This document shows, one piece after another, positions 1 through 9,781 of a DNA stretch of 64,000 nt; within the stretch, counting starts at the first letter, position 1, and the number at the start of each line of letters is the position of its first letter. Under the pieces are notes generated by a model. The model had not been told where the DNA came from and searched no databases. It saw only the letters and a list, made by a program, of their open reading frames with translations. A program made the translations under genes and the position numbers. Source of the stretch: Oceanispirochaeta sp. (GTDB taxonomy: Bacteria; Spirochaetota; Spirochaetia; DSM-2461); assembly GCA_963663385.2 (NCBI GenBank), contig CAXXXD010000002.1:224001-288000 (forward strand). Direction: 5' to 3'.

Positions 1-214
1 GGATTTCCCTGATAAATGCCTCTTCCAGGGGGTCGGTTGTTGACGTATCCCTTATCAGCAGATAGGTGTACAGTCCGAAGCCGGGGGATAGTCTGTTTTC
101 CCCATTGAAAGGAGCCCACAGATCCCGTTCGGGCGGAAGGTAGGAGGTGGCGCATCCTGAAAGAACCATCAGGAGGCAGAGAATGCTATAACGAATCCGG
201 ATCTTCCTGCTCAT
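1..214 (-). CDS. Putative lipoprotein, 5' part only (runs off window start)
   Basis: Hand translation MSRKIRIRYSILCLLMVLSGCATSYLPP...; lipobox LSGC; SD AAAGGAG at 227-221; not in the ORF track. Confidence 0.7.
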   Translation of the reverse strand, partial: MSRKIRIRYSILCLLMVLSGCATSYLPPERDLWAPFNGENRLSPGFGLYTYLLIRDTSTTDPLEEAFIREI

Positions 215-425
215 CTTCATCTCCTTTGTCTTTCCTTTTCTGAAACGAAAGCCTGTTTTCCCTTTTTTTAAGAATCCTGTGTATAAGATAAGCGAATCCT
301 GCTGAAATAAAGAAGAGAATATGGGCCACGTCTGCTGCCTTAATCCCGTAATAACCGGTACAGAGAATGAGCAGGGGAATAAAAATCAGGGCGGCGATGA
401 TTGTAACGCGCACGGGTAATTTCAT
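186..425 (-). CDS. Small hypothetical membrane protein (2 TM, charged tail)
   Basis: 79 aa with two hydrophobic stretches; AGGAAAACAGG upstream; overlaps start of next gene. Confidence 0.6.
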   Translation of the reverse strand: MKLPVRVTIIAALIFIPLLILCTGYYGIKAADVAHILFFISAGFAYLIHRILKKRENRLSFQKRKDKGDEDEQEDPDSL

Positions 426-646
426 AACCTGTTTTCCTGTAACATGAATGCTTATTTATAGTATAGCCCTGATCTTCTCCTGGATGAAGGAGTTTTTTTT
501 CTTCAGTTCTATTCACAGGCCCAGTATCAATCTGGGAAAGTACAGCGTCCTTTCCCTTATTAACAGTATAAAGACTAAATACAGCGAACCTCCTGTTCAG
601 GAGGGCTTTTCCGATGATATTCTTCTGCCGGAACTTATGCTGAGGG

Positions 647-671
647 AGTCCTGCCTGTAACAGGCAGGACT
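647..671. terminator. Perfect inverted repeat after the GDPD gene
   Basis: AGTCCTGCCTG-TAA-CAGGCAGGACT; no clear U tract on the minus strand. Confidence 0.55.
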
Positions 672-698
672 GTTTGAATAAATCTGTAAAAGAATTTT

Positions 699-1427
699 TC
701 AGGTGGATCTCTGCGTGATCTGACGGAAAAGATCGGGACGCTCGGTTGTTATGGAATCAATGCCCAGTTCACAGCACCTGCGGATATCCGCTTCTCCGTT
801 GACTGTCCAGACCGCTACGGGGATATTGGCCGATCGTGCCATTTCGACCATCCGGGGCGTACAGAGCTCGTGATTGATATTCACTCCGGCAATATAAAGT
901 TCCGATGACAGATCCAGCATGCTGCTGTAGTAGTCCATGGAAGATCCCCCGGGATCCTGGAGGTTTTTATCCTGAATGCTGAGCAGGGCATTGTACGAAG
1001 GGCTTCTTCTGTTAATGGCCCGGATCTGGGGCGGATCACAGCCGGAAAAAACGAATTCCCCATGAAAATCCCGGGGTTCCGCTTCCCTGAATATAGCTTC
1101 AAGCGCATCCGGGTCCTTCAGATCCAGGTTCATGGAGAGTTTTCTGCCGCGGCAGAAGTCCATGGCTTCCCCCAGTGTAAGAAGACCCGGTTTGATTTTC
1201 AGCAGTTCCTTCAGGCTTTTTTCAACGATCAGGTTCTGTTCCGTTTTTATTAATACAAACGGATCGTGATGCAGAACAGCTGCTCCGTCGGAAGTTACCC
1301 TGACGTCCACCTCGACAAAGTCGGGATGCACTTTAGCCGCGAGATTTAAATACTCCCGGCTGTTCGGCTCCGTACCGGCAGCTCCGCTGTGAAGAGTTAA
1401 GAAGGGAGTGCTTACAGCCATAAGCAT
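699..1427 (-). CDS. Glycerophosphodiester phosphodiesterase (GDPD) family protein, divergent
   Basis: HSG..EPNS, EVDV, HHD, WTVN, GIDSITTERP motifs; start moved to ATG 1427, just after the upstream stop. Confidence 0.85.
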   Translation of the reverse strand: MLMAVSTPFLTLHSGAAGTEPNSREYLNLAAKVHPDFVEVDVRVTSDGAAVLHHDPFVLIKTEQNLIVEKSLKELLKIKPGLLTLGEAMDFCRGRKLSMNLDLKDPDALEAIFREAEPRDFHGEFVFSGCDPPQIRAINRRSPSYNALLSIQDKNLQDPGGSSMDYYSSMLDLSSELYIAGVNINHELCTPRMVEMARSANIPVAVWTVNGEADIRRCCELGIDSITTERPDLFRQITQRST

Positions 1428-1440
1428 TCTCTGTTCCCCC

Positions 1441-2151
1441 TTAATAATACTCGTCACAGCGGTCGCCCATTCCCCGGGCCTGGGGTTTGAGGCCTGCCAT
1501 GGCAAGGTGTGAAACATCCGCTATATGGAGCGCTCTCGGCACAGCCCATTTATCCGATCGCTGATCGAAGTATATATCCGTCAGGGAACAGGGCCAGCAG
1601 TACAGTCCGGAGAATACCAGGGGCAGGGGAATTTCCAGAAGATGGGCGATGGTCATCAGAATGGAGCCGTTGTGACAGAATATGGCAATCCTGTCATCTG
1701 TTTTTTTATCCACCCTGTAACGGCCTCCCTCCCTGTGGTAGCCGAACTCACTCATCAGCTCATCAAAGAGTTTTCTGTATTCCAGCCAGTCCTTATAGAG
1801 GGGGCCCTTGTCAAAGGGGTGCCTGGTCTGCCAGTCATTATGACCGGGGAGGGTTTCGCCGCTGCGGATCTTCTCTCCGTAGGTGTCCCAGATGACATAG
1901 TCGAAGCCGTCCTGGTTAATCCGGATCTGCGCCGGTTCCATCAGCCAGGGTTTGATCTCCACGGGAATATCCAGAAGATCGGAAGAGTACTGCGCCGTCT
2001 GCAGGGTACGGGTCATATTGGATGAAAATATCCTGTTTACCCCGTAATTCTTTAAACGGGGCGCCAGAGCTTCTGCTTCCTGATGGCCGATCGCTGTCAG
2101 TTCATCCGGTTCGTAACTGGGATCGGCGTGTCTTATTAAATACAAATGCAT
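1441..2151 (-). CDS. Histidine phosphatase (phosphoglycerate mutase-like) family protein
   Basis: LYLIRHA, LTAIGHQEA, SSNMTRTLQTA, FCHNG; start set at MHLYLIRH. Confidence 0.9.
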   Translation of the reverse strand: MHLYLIRHADPSYEPDELTAIGHQEAEALAPRLKNYGVNRIFSSNMTRTLQTAQYSSDLLDIPVEIKPWLMEPAQIRINQDGFDYVIWDTYGEKIRSGETLPGHNDWQTRHPFDKGPLYKDWLEYRKLFDELMSEFGYHREGGRYRVDKKTDDRIAIFCHNGSILMTIAHLLEIPLPLVFSGLYCWPCSLTDIYFDQRSDKWAVPRALHIADVSHLAMAGLKPQARGMGDRCDEYY

Positions 2152-2185
2152 AATTATCTTATTTCCTGAAAAGGGGTTGTTTAAG

Positions 2186-2259
2186 ACCTCCCCCATCCCC
2201 TCCTCAGGAGGGGAGTGACCAAGTTGTCACATCTCCCCTGTGGGGAGAATGAGAGGGGT
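2186..2259 (-). repeat. Intergenic multi-hairpin (four-way junction, REP-like) element
   Basis: Three perfect hairpins enclosed by an imperfect outer stem, between SBP and phosphatase genes. Confidence 0.6.
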
Positions 2260-2271
2260 TTCGAATAGGGC

Positions 2272-3621
2272 CTACTGTTCTTTCAGCCAGGCGTCAACTT
2301 CTTCCTGGGCTTCTTTCATGGCCTGTGCGGGAGTCGCTTCTCCCAGCATGGCTTTTTCTACCTGACGGCCGATAATGGTCCTAGGCTGACTGGCTCTGTA
2401 GGGATAGCGGGGAACCCAGAGAGTGCCCATTGTTTCGATTACTGTAGATACCTGAGGCAGGACGTTAATTGAATCCCACTGCAGGGCTTCTCTGGTCGTA
2501 GGCAGTGAGCGGTACTGGTCCCAGAAGTATTTCTGGTAGGTCTCGGAAGCGGTAAACTTCAGCCATTCCCAGGCGATGTCTTTCACTTCTGAATTGGCGC
2601 CTATACATACGGGGCTTCCGGCAAACATGTTCCCCATTCCATACTCTTCGTTTTTGAAAAGGTAGGATATCCCGATTCTGTCACCCCATCCAAGAGCTTC
2701 GATCTTTTTAAGGTTGCCGGGATGGTCCTGGATATTGATAGCGATGTCATTATCAGGTGTGTACATCTTTTCATCACCCTGACGGGACAGGTTTCCAGGA
2801 GGGCAGTAGGCCTGGATATCTTTCATCCACTGTACAGCTTCGATCATTTCGGGGACATCAAAGTTAACGGTCATTTCGGTCCATTTGAATCCGGTTCCCC
2901 AGATATTTCCCAGACCTTCTGAAATATTCATGGCAGAGTCGGCTGCATAACCACCACCGGTAAACCTCAGTCCATAGTTCATCTCACCGGTTTTGGGGTT
3001 TTTGCCGGTCATGGCTTTACCCTTGGTCATCAGTTCATCCAGAGTGGGATGGAGGGAGAGGTACTCTACGCCCCAGTCATCAAACAGTTTCTTGTCGTAT
3101 GAGATAAACCGGGTGTCTCCGATAAAGGGGAGGCCGTAAATCTGGAGTTCCGTGTCTTCTGATCCCAGAGCCATCCAGCCTTCCACCTGGTTATCTATAT
3201 ATATCCCCAGGTCAAAATTATCTTTTTCAATATAGGGCGCCAGGGGTTCCATCAGGTCCTGGGCGGCCAGTGTGGCAATGCCGGGCACCTGAAAAACATC
3301 CGCTTCGTTGGCCTGGGCCATTACGATGGTTTTCTGGGTGTAGCTGTCCCAGCCCATCAGGATGAATTCCACATCTACACCGGGGTGCATCTGTTCAAAG
3401 GCTTCTTCCAGGTAGTGAACTCCCACTACTTTCTGACCGGAAACGGGATTGGTCGTATCATCCTCTTTGAAATCTCCAATCAGCTGAACCCTCAGTTTCC
3501 CGGACAGTCCGGAATCGGATACCGCTGCAGGGGTGCTGTCCTGTTGACCGTTTGCGAATGCCATTCCTCCGATCAGCGCCATCAGGGACACTGCGGAAAG
3601 AACTTTTTTTCCTAATTTCAT
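2272..3621 (-). CDS. Carbohydrate ABC transporter (CUT1) solute-binding protein
   Basis: Signal peptide ending AFANGQQ; IYGLPF, YDKKLF, AWEWLKF; SD GGAGG before ATG 3621. Confidence 0.9.
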   Translation of the reverse strand: MKLGKKVLSAVSLMALIGGMAFANGQQDSTPAAVSDSGLSGKLRVQLIGDFKEDDTTNPVSGQKVVGVHYLEEAFEQMHPGVDVEFILMGWDSYTQKTIVMAQANEADVFQVPGIATLAAQDLMEPLAPYIEKDNFDLGIYIDNQVEGWMALGSEDTELQIYGLPFIGDTRFISYDKKLFDDWGVEYLSLHPTLDELMTKGKAMTGKNPKTGEMNYGLRFTGGGYAADSAMNISEGLGNIWGTGFKWTEMTVNFDVPEMIEAVQWMKDIQAYCPPGNLSRQGDEKMYTPDNDIAINIQDHPGNLKKIEALGWGDRIGISYLFKNEEYGMGNMFAGSPVCIGANSEVKDIAWEWLKFTASETYQKYFWDQYRSLPTTREALQWDSINVLPQVSTVIETMGTLWVPRYPYRASQPRTIIGRQVEKAMLGEATPAQAMKEAQEEVDAWLKEQ

Positions 3622-3638
3622 ATTTTCCTCCAAATTAT

Positions 3639-4475
3639 TTATTCACCCTTGATGCCGCTCAGGGCGACACTCTGGATGATATATTTCTGTAAAAACAAAA
3701 AGATAACGATTACGGGCAGGATGCTCATGGCGGAAAGGGCCATGGAGAGTCCTGCATAGGTTGTCCCGTCTTCCATGGAGAACTTGGACAGGTAGATGGG
3801 GATGGTCTGGAGCTTCTGGCTGGTCAGTATTACCAGGGGCCAGAGAAAATCGTTCCAGCTGCTCATAAATACCAGGATGATTAATGTGGCGATCATGGGA
3901 CCGGAGAGGGGCAGGAATACCCTGAAGAAAATGGAGAACTCCCCGGCGCCGTCTATCCAGGCTGCTTCCCTCAGGCTGTGAGGAAGAGCGTCCATATACT
4001 GCTTGGTAAGAAGAATTGCGAATCCCATCATGGGCACTGTCAGGATAAGGGGCCAGTAGCTGTTTACCATCCCCCAGCTGCGAAACATCATATACATGGG
4101 AATAAGGCGGGATTCCATGGGTATCATCATGGTTGCCAGTACAGCCATAAAGAGAAACTTGCGCCCCGGGAACCGGCCTTTGGAGAAAGCGTATCCTCCC
4201 AGAAGCGCGCAGATCAGAGTCCCCGCCACTGTTCCGGTTCCAACCAGGAAGGAGTTCCAGTAGGCCATAAAGAGGGTACCGTTCTCCACGACTATTCTAT
4301 AGTTGAACAGGGAGGGCTCCTCCGGGATCAGCCTGGGGGGGAAAGGAGGCTGGATATTCGCAAAGCGCTCCAGGCTTACGCTTACCATCCAGATGAAGGG
4401 CGAAAGCATAATGATTCCCAGTATGAGAAGACATAGAAAGGGTATGAAGTCGGATATATTCTTTTTTATATTCAT
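3639..4475 (-). CDS. Carbohydrate ABC transporter permease (MalG-like)
   Basis: EAA loop LREAAWIDGAGE; WNDFLWP. Confidence 0.95.
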   Translation of the reverse strand: MNIKKNISDFIPFLCLLILGIIMLSPFIWMVSVSLERFANIQPPFPPRLIPEEPSLFNYRIVVENGTLFMAYWNSFLVGTGTVAGTLICALLGGYAFSKGRFPGRKFLFMAVLATMMIPMESRLIPMYMMFRSWGMVNSYWPLILTVPMMGFAILLTKQYMDALPHSLREAAWIDGAGEFSIFFRVFLPLSGPMIATLIILVFMSSWNDFLWPLVILTSQKLQTIPIYLSKFSMEDGTTYAGLSMALSAMSILPVIVIFLFLQKYIIQSVALSGIKGE

Positions 4476-4485
4476 TATCGTATTC

Positions 4486-5358
4486 CTAGATATCCATTTT
4501 TGAGATTTTCATATTGATCCTGGTAAAAATCAGGATAATGAAAAACAGTACATAAGCCGCTGCGGAGGAGTAGCCGAATTCGGTTCCATGAAACCCCCTG
4601 TCGTAGATAAATCCCGAGAGGGTCATCAGGGCTCCGGCGGGTGTCCCTGTTCCCCGGCCCAGGATATAGGGTTCCGTAAAGACCTTCAGCGCACTGATCC
4701 AGCCCATTATCAGGAGAAAAGCGAAACAGCTTGCCATCCGGGGGATGGTTATATAAAAGAGACTCTGCAGTTTATTGGCTCCGTCAATATTAGCCGCTTC
4801 GTACAGTTCGGGTGGAATCGTCTGCAGGTTGGCCATGCTGATGATGATGACAAAACCAAGCCAGTGCCAGGCTGTCAGTAGAATGGTTCCCCAACGGGCG
4901 GGAGTCGGTTCCGCCAGCCACAACTGGGGCGGTATGCCGAAGAATCCTAAAAAAGTATTCAGCAGCCCCTCTCCCGGATGGAGAATAAAGAGAAAGATCA
5001 TTCCCGCAGCTACAACCGATGTAATGTAGGGTATAAAAAAGACTACCTTGAACAGGTTCTGGCCGTATCTCTGGTTGTTGATCATGTAGGCAACAAGGAA
5101 TCCGACGGGAATGGCAATCAGGAGTTTGAAAACGCCGATATAAAATGTTGTATATAAGGCCCGCCAAAAGCTGTAGGACGTAAAAATCCTTATATAATTC
5201 CGCAGTCCAACCCAGCTTTCTATGGTGCCGTTGGATTTGTAAAAACTCAGTCTTAAAGAGTCCAGAATTGGGTAGGTCATAAAAAGGACCAGGACCAGCA
5301 GAGTCGGCAAAAGGAATATATACCAGATGCCGTACTCTTTTAATTTGCTTTGCTGCAT
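4486..5358 (-). CDS. Carbohydrate ABC transporter permease (MalF-like)
   Basis: WVGLRNY; IPPELYEAANIDGA. Confidence 0.95.
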   Translation of the reverse strand: MQQSKLKEYGIWYIFLLPTLLVLVLFMTYPILDSLRLSFYKSNGTIESWVGLRNYIRIFTSYSFWRALYTTFYIGVFKLLIAIPVGFLVAYMINNQRYGQNLFKVVFFIPYITSVVAAGMIFLFILHPGEGLLNTFLGFFGIPPQLWLAEPTPARWGTILLTAWHWLGFVIIISMANLQTIPPELYEAANIDGANKLQSLFYITIPRMASCFAFLLIMGWISALKVFTEPYILGRGTGTPAGALMTLSGFIYDRGFHGTEFGYSSAAAYVLFFIILIFTRINMKISKMDI

Positions 5359-5385
5359 ATCAAAAAAATCCCCTATTGAATAAAG

Positions 5386-5534
5386 TGGTATGTCAAAAAG
5401 TGTTTAATGGGTATATCATATCCGTGATAAAACAACAATACATCGGATATAATGGTTTGTCAAATTAATATTGTATTAATCTGGTATGTTTTTATTGACA
5501 ATATTATATGCCTAAATTAAGATATGGTATGCCA
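5386..5534. promoter_or_regulatory. Divergent promoters with repeated TGGTATGYCA-like GntR operators
   Basis: Motif copies at 5386, 5409, 5453, 5482, 5525; + promoter TTGACA(5495)-17-TAAGAT(5518); - promoter TTGACA(5463)-17-TATTGT(5440). Confidence 0.65.
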
Positions 5535-5551
5535 AATAAAAAGGAAGGCTG

Positions 5552-6643
5552 ATGGAACCCCAATCAAAGTATGAGCAGGTAAAAAGAACTATTCTGGATG
5601 AGATAGAAAGCGGGAACTGGAAGGAAGGAGAGAAAATCCCTCCCCAGAGAACACTGGAGGATTCTCATCAGGTCAGCCGGATAACCGTAAAAAAAGCCAT
5701 CGTTGATCTTATCAGCGAGGGGGTTCTGGAGCACCAGAAAGGAAAGAAAGGGCTTTTTGTAAAAAAGAAGCAGCAGGTCCGTACGGGAAATCGGACTATT
5801 GCCGTCTCCCTGGATGATATAACCAGTTACTATGACTCCAACCTGTTAAAGGGGATTGAAGACAGCCTGTGGAAGCAGAGCTACCATACCATTGTCTGCA
5901 ATGCCAACCGGAATATGGATAAGGTTGAAGATTATTTCAACTCTTTTGATTTTTCAAAAGTAGATGGAATTATATACCTTCCAGTTGTTACACCGGATTT
6001 TGAGGAACGGAACAGAATAATCCTTCAACTGTTCCGGAAACATAACAAACCGTTCGTTCTGATCGATCAGTATATTCCGGGTGTGTCCGCCAATCTTGTA
6101 TCAACGGATCATCGGAATTCAGCCAAGCAGCTGATCAAGGCACTTATTGACCGGGGGCACAGGGATATTCTGATTGGCAAAGGACTGGACTGTTTCTCTG
6201 TCAGTGAGCGTGTCCTGGGAGTAAAAGACGCGTTTGCTGAAGCCGGATTATCCGTTTCCGGTAGCAAAGTACTGGAAATAAATGACAACCTCCTAACTCC
6301 GAGGGCTGATCCCAATCCGGATGAAATGCACAAAATTGAAGAGATGATCAGGGGGGCGGGAGAATTTACCGCCTTTTACGCAATCAATAACAGGATTATG
6401 AAGGCTGTTGTTCAGGTTCTGATAAAGCTGGGATACGATATGAGTAAAATCCAGCTGGTTCTTCATAACGAAGTAAATAAGCCTGTTCATCCCTATACAG
6501 ATAATATCCCCCATACTGATCCCCATCTGCATGATCTCGGTTATGAAGCGGGGAGCCTTTTATTAAAGGTTATGGATTCGGATAGCTATAATTCATTTCA
6601 GCTGTTTCTGAATAGTACCATCATTCTGGATGGCCTTAAATAA
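5552..6643 (+). CDS. GntR-HTH + LacI-type sugar-binding domain regulator (AraR-like)
   Basis: KYEQVK...GEKIP...VSRITVKKAI N-terminus; periplasmic-binding-fold C-terminus (PFVLIDQ, GHRDI). Confidence 0.9.
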   Translation: MEPQSKYEQVKRTILDEIESGNWKEGEKIPPQRTLEDSHQVSRITVKKAIVDLISEGVLEHQKGKKGLFVKKKQQVRTGNRTIAVSLDDITSYYDSNLLKGIEDSLWKQSYHTIVCNANRNMDKVEDYFNSFDFSKVDGIIYLPVVTPDFEERNRIILQLFRKHNKPFVLIDQYIPGVSANLVSTDHRNSAKQLIKALIDRGHRDILIGKGLDCFSVSERVLGVKDAFAEAGLSVSGSKVLEINDNLLTPRADPNPDEMHKIEEMIRGAGEFTAFYAINNRIMKAVVQVLIKLGYDMSKIQLVLHNEVNKPVHPYTDNIPHTDPHLHDLGYEAGSLLLKVMDSDSYNSFQLFLNSTIILDGLK

Positions 6644-6661
6644 GATAACAAAGGAAAAAAA

Positions 6662-8185
6662 ATGACAAAGAATACCTACATTAAAAACGGATTTGTATCG
6701 GAAAATACATTTCGCACCGCGAATGAGATACCCGCAGAGATCCCTGAGTTTAAAAAATCAAAAAACGATCTGCCCCAGCCTTACTGGAAAGGGCATGATA
6801 AAGAGATCGGCATGTACTGGAAGTCCTGGGAAATCGGCTTCAGCCATCTGAAAAAACCGACGCCTCAGAATGGATTCCTCAGCAGCTACCTCGATACGGC
6901 TTATAACGGGAATATATTTATGTGGGATTCGGTTTTCATCTCCCATTACTGCCGTTACGGGATCCGTGTTTTCCCTTTTCAGCAAACTCTGGACAACTTC
7001 TACAGAAAACAGCATCTGGACGGTTTTATCTGCCGTGAAATCTATGGGGAGAGCGGTGAAGATGCTTTTCAGCGTCATGATCCGGCCAGTACAGGCCCCA
7101 ATGTCTTTGCCTGGAGTGAAATGGAATACTATAAGGCTTTCGGAGACAAAGAACGGCTTAACAGTGTTTTTCCCGTTCTCTGCGGTTTTCATGAGTGGCT
7201 GAAGGAAAACCGGACATGGAAGGACGGCAGCTACTGGACAAGCGGATGGGGGAGCGGTATGGATACCGTCCCGCGCCTGCCCGAAGGACGGCATGTCAAT
7301 TTCAGTCACGGTCATATGTCATGGATCGATGCCTGTCTTCAGCAGTATATGGATGCTCAAATTCTTATCCAGATGGGGTTTGAGCTGGAGCGCTGGCAGG
7401 AAATCGAGGGAATCGAAGAGGAGATTCAGACTCTGGGAGACTTTATCCGGCAAAACATGTGGGACAATGATGAGGGATTCCTCTTTGATCTGTTAGCCGA
7501 CGGTTCCAGGGTCGACTGCAAGCATATCGGCGCTTTCTGGGCGCTGCATTCCGATGTGCTGGGAGAGAAGGAAAAAGCCGCAATGATCAGGAATCTGCAG
7601 AAAGGCGGAACTTTTGATCATAAATATATCATCCCCTCTCTGGATCCGGATCATCCCCGGTTCCGTTCAAACGGCCGCTACTGGCAGGGCGGAGTATGGG
7701 CTCCCACCAACTACATGATTTTCTCGGGCCTGCAGAAATCGGGAGAGGCCGAGCTGGCGCACAAACTGGGGAAAAGGCATCTGGAGCATGTTCTCGGAGT
7801 CTTTCAGAAGACCGGAACATTCTGGGAATACTACTCTCCCGATGAGGTTGAACCGGGATTCCTGGCCCGGCCGGATTTTGTAGGCTGGACAGGTCTTGTT
7901 CCGATCTCTGTTCTCTTTGAGCAGGTTATGGGAATCCGTCCGGATTACAGCAGGAAGGAAATCCACTGGGACCTGTTCCTGACGGAAGAGCATGGTATCG
8001 ACAAGTATCCCTTCGGACCGGCCCATACCCTCAACCTCAGGGCTGCCGGCCGTTCCAAAGCAGCGGATGCTCCTGTGATCAGCGTGGAATGTCAGGAGGA
8101 GATTACCCTGATCCTCCGCTGGAACGGAAAAGAGGAACGGCATACTCTTAAAAAGGGAAAGCATACAATCAATCCCGGGGGCTGA
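6662..8185 (+). CDS. (alpha/alpha)6 glycoside hydrolase, GH63/MGH1-like or trehalase family
   Basis: IFMWDSVF, SGMDTVPR, YWQGGVWAPTNY, FWEYY, FVGWTG motifs. Confidence 0.8.
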   Translation: MTKNTYIKNGFVSENTFRTANEIPAEIPEFKKSKNDLPQPYWKGHDKEIGMYWKSWEIGFSHLKKPTPQNGFLSSYLDTAYNGNIFMWDSVFISHYCRYGIRVFPFQQTLDNFYRKQHLDGFICREIYGESGEDAFQRHDPASTGPNVFAWSEMEYYKAFGDKERLNSVFPVLCGFHEWLKENRTWKDGSYWTSGWGSGMDTVPRLPEGRHVNFSHGHMSWIDACLQQYMDAQILIQMGFELERWQEIEGIEEEIQTLGDFIRQNMWDNDEGFLFDLLADGSRVDCKHIGAFWALHSDVLGEKEKAAMIRNLQKGGTFDHKYIIPSLDPDHPRFRSNGRYWQGGVWAPTNYMIFSGLQKSGEAELAHKLGKRHLEHVLGVFQKTGTFWEYYSPDEVEPGFLARPDFVGWTGLVPISVLFEQVMGIRPDYSRKEIHWDLFLTEEHGIDKYPFGPAHTLNLRAAGRSKAADAPVISVECQEEITLILRWNGKEERHTLKKGKHTINPGG

Positions 8186-8212
8186 TAAGAATACGGAGAA
8201 AGTACTCTGTAC

Positions 8213-8262
8213 GGCTGGATGATCTGGTTATCGGGATGATCATCCAGCCTTTAGTTATTTTT
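8213..8262 (+). terminator. Rho-independent terminator
   Basis: GGCTGGATGATC...GATCATCCAGCC followed by TTTAGTTATTTTT. Confidence 0.75.
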
Positions 8263-8374
8263 TATATCCCCGGTTCAGACCTTCACCCCGTTAAATTCCT
8301 GAACAGCCTTAAACAGGGCTGCTATATTTACAACAGGATGCCTGAAAAAGAATCTTCTACCGGTATATATTTGA

Positions 8375-9580
8375 TTATTTATACACAGGGATCTTAATTT
8401 GAATCTGAAATAATTCGGTGTTTTTTACGAGGTATATCTCTCCGGAAAAATACTCCTCTACCAGATACCGTGAAGATGTAAGGCCCATTCCATAGTGATC
8501 CTGCTTTGTTGAGTAACCTTCCGTAAATAGAACTTCGGAATCATTCGTATTCTTTCCCGAATCTTTTAATGTCAGAAGGCAGTGTTTATCTTCTTCCTTC
8601 AGTTCCAAAACCACTTTTTCCGGTAAAAAATCATCACCCAGGCTATCTTTTGCATTATCCACAAGGGAAATCAGTATTTGATTAAGCAGAAAGGAATTCC
8701 CATTAATACATGTTTTATTAGAAACCATATTATTCAAAGATATTTTTACTGGCAGAACCGAATGTATGTTATTTATATAATCGTTTACATTAAAAGGGGA
8801 TATATCATAAACCGCAGGTTTATAATGAATGCTGTCAGTCAATATACATACGGATTTAACTAATTTCAGTATATCCTTCTCTATGGTTTTTATTGATTTC
8901 TGCAGTTCCGGATTCATTCTGATTTTTTGAATAATTTTCAGCTTATTCTCAATCGTCTGATCATCCCTGTAACCCCGATCTATTTTAAGTTTTTTTGATA
9001 TAAGGAGTTCTTCAAACTTCTTAATAAAATCCAGATAGAGAATCACGACTTTTCTTACTAACTCAATATTATTAGTTATCTTCGCCAACTTATCAGAAAT
9101 TGATTCCTTCATTGCTTTTGTGCATATATCATAGCAAAATAGCCTGTTTTGCATAAAATGCAATTCGGTAACATTATCATCGTCAGATACGGGTTCTGTT
9201 GTGCGACTTATACTGTTTTGTAAATTTTTTCTTATTCGTATAAGAACATCATCCTTTTCAAAAGGTTTTATAAGATAATCACTTGCTCCCAGACTCAATC
9301 CGCTTATTACGCTTTTTCTATCAGATTTGGCTGTAAGGAAAATAATGGGAATATCTTTGGTATCCTTATTAGATTTTAACTCTCTGCAAACTTCAAAACC
9401 ATCCATCTCCGGCATCATAATATCCAGAAGTATTAAATCAGGTGGTTTCTGGGAAATGCTTTTCATGGCTTTGTAACCGTCTGTAGCAAAATTGAGGGTA
9501 TAATCGTCTTTAAGGATATGCCCGAGAAGCTTCAGGTTATTTGGTGTATCATCAACTACCAGAATGTACTTTTTATCCAT
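8375..9580 (-). CDS. Receiver domain fused to a degenerate histidine-kinase (HATPase) module
   Basis: ILVVDD, LLDIMMP, KPF; N-box NQILISLVDNAKDS and G2 GMGL present; no recognisable H-box. Confidence 0.85.
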   Translation of the reverse strand: MDKKYILVVDDTPNNLKLLGHILKDDYTLNFATDGYKAMKSISQKPPDLILLDIMMPEMDGFEVCRELKSNKDTKDIPIIFLTAKSDRKSVISGLSLGASDYLIKPFEKDDVLIRIRKNLQNSISRTTEPVSDDDNVTELHFMQNRLFCYDICTKAMKESISDKLAKITNNIELVRKVVILYLDFIKKFEELLISKKLKIDRGYRDDQTIENKLKIIQKIRMNPELQKSIKTIEKDILKLVKSVCILTDSIHYKPAVYDISPFNVNDYINNIHSVLPVKISLNNMVSNKTCINGNSFLLNQILISLVDNAKDSLGDDFLPEKVVLELKEEDKHCLLTLKDSGKNTNDSEVLFTEGYSTKQDHYGMGLTSSRYLVEEYFSGEIYLVKNTELFQIQIKIPVYK

Positions 9581-9781
9581 CCCATTTCCTTTTTAATATG
9601 GTTTAATGTTCATTATTTGTTTTCTTATAATATTAAAAAAACATTTTAAGAATAGCAAATAGAAAATTACTATTTGAATAGACTGGATTTTAAAAAATGA
9701 AAACCATTATACTTTTAATAAGGATTCTGCAGTAATTACTACTGGGGATATTAATACTGAATAGTTAATAGAGATGCTGAT

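Noticed and set aside
448..660. 70-aa plus-strand ORF
   Set aside because: No SD; runs across a promoter region and into terminator hairpins
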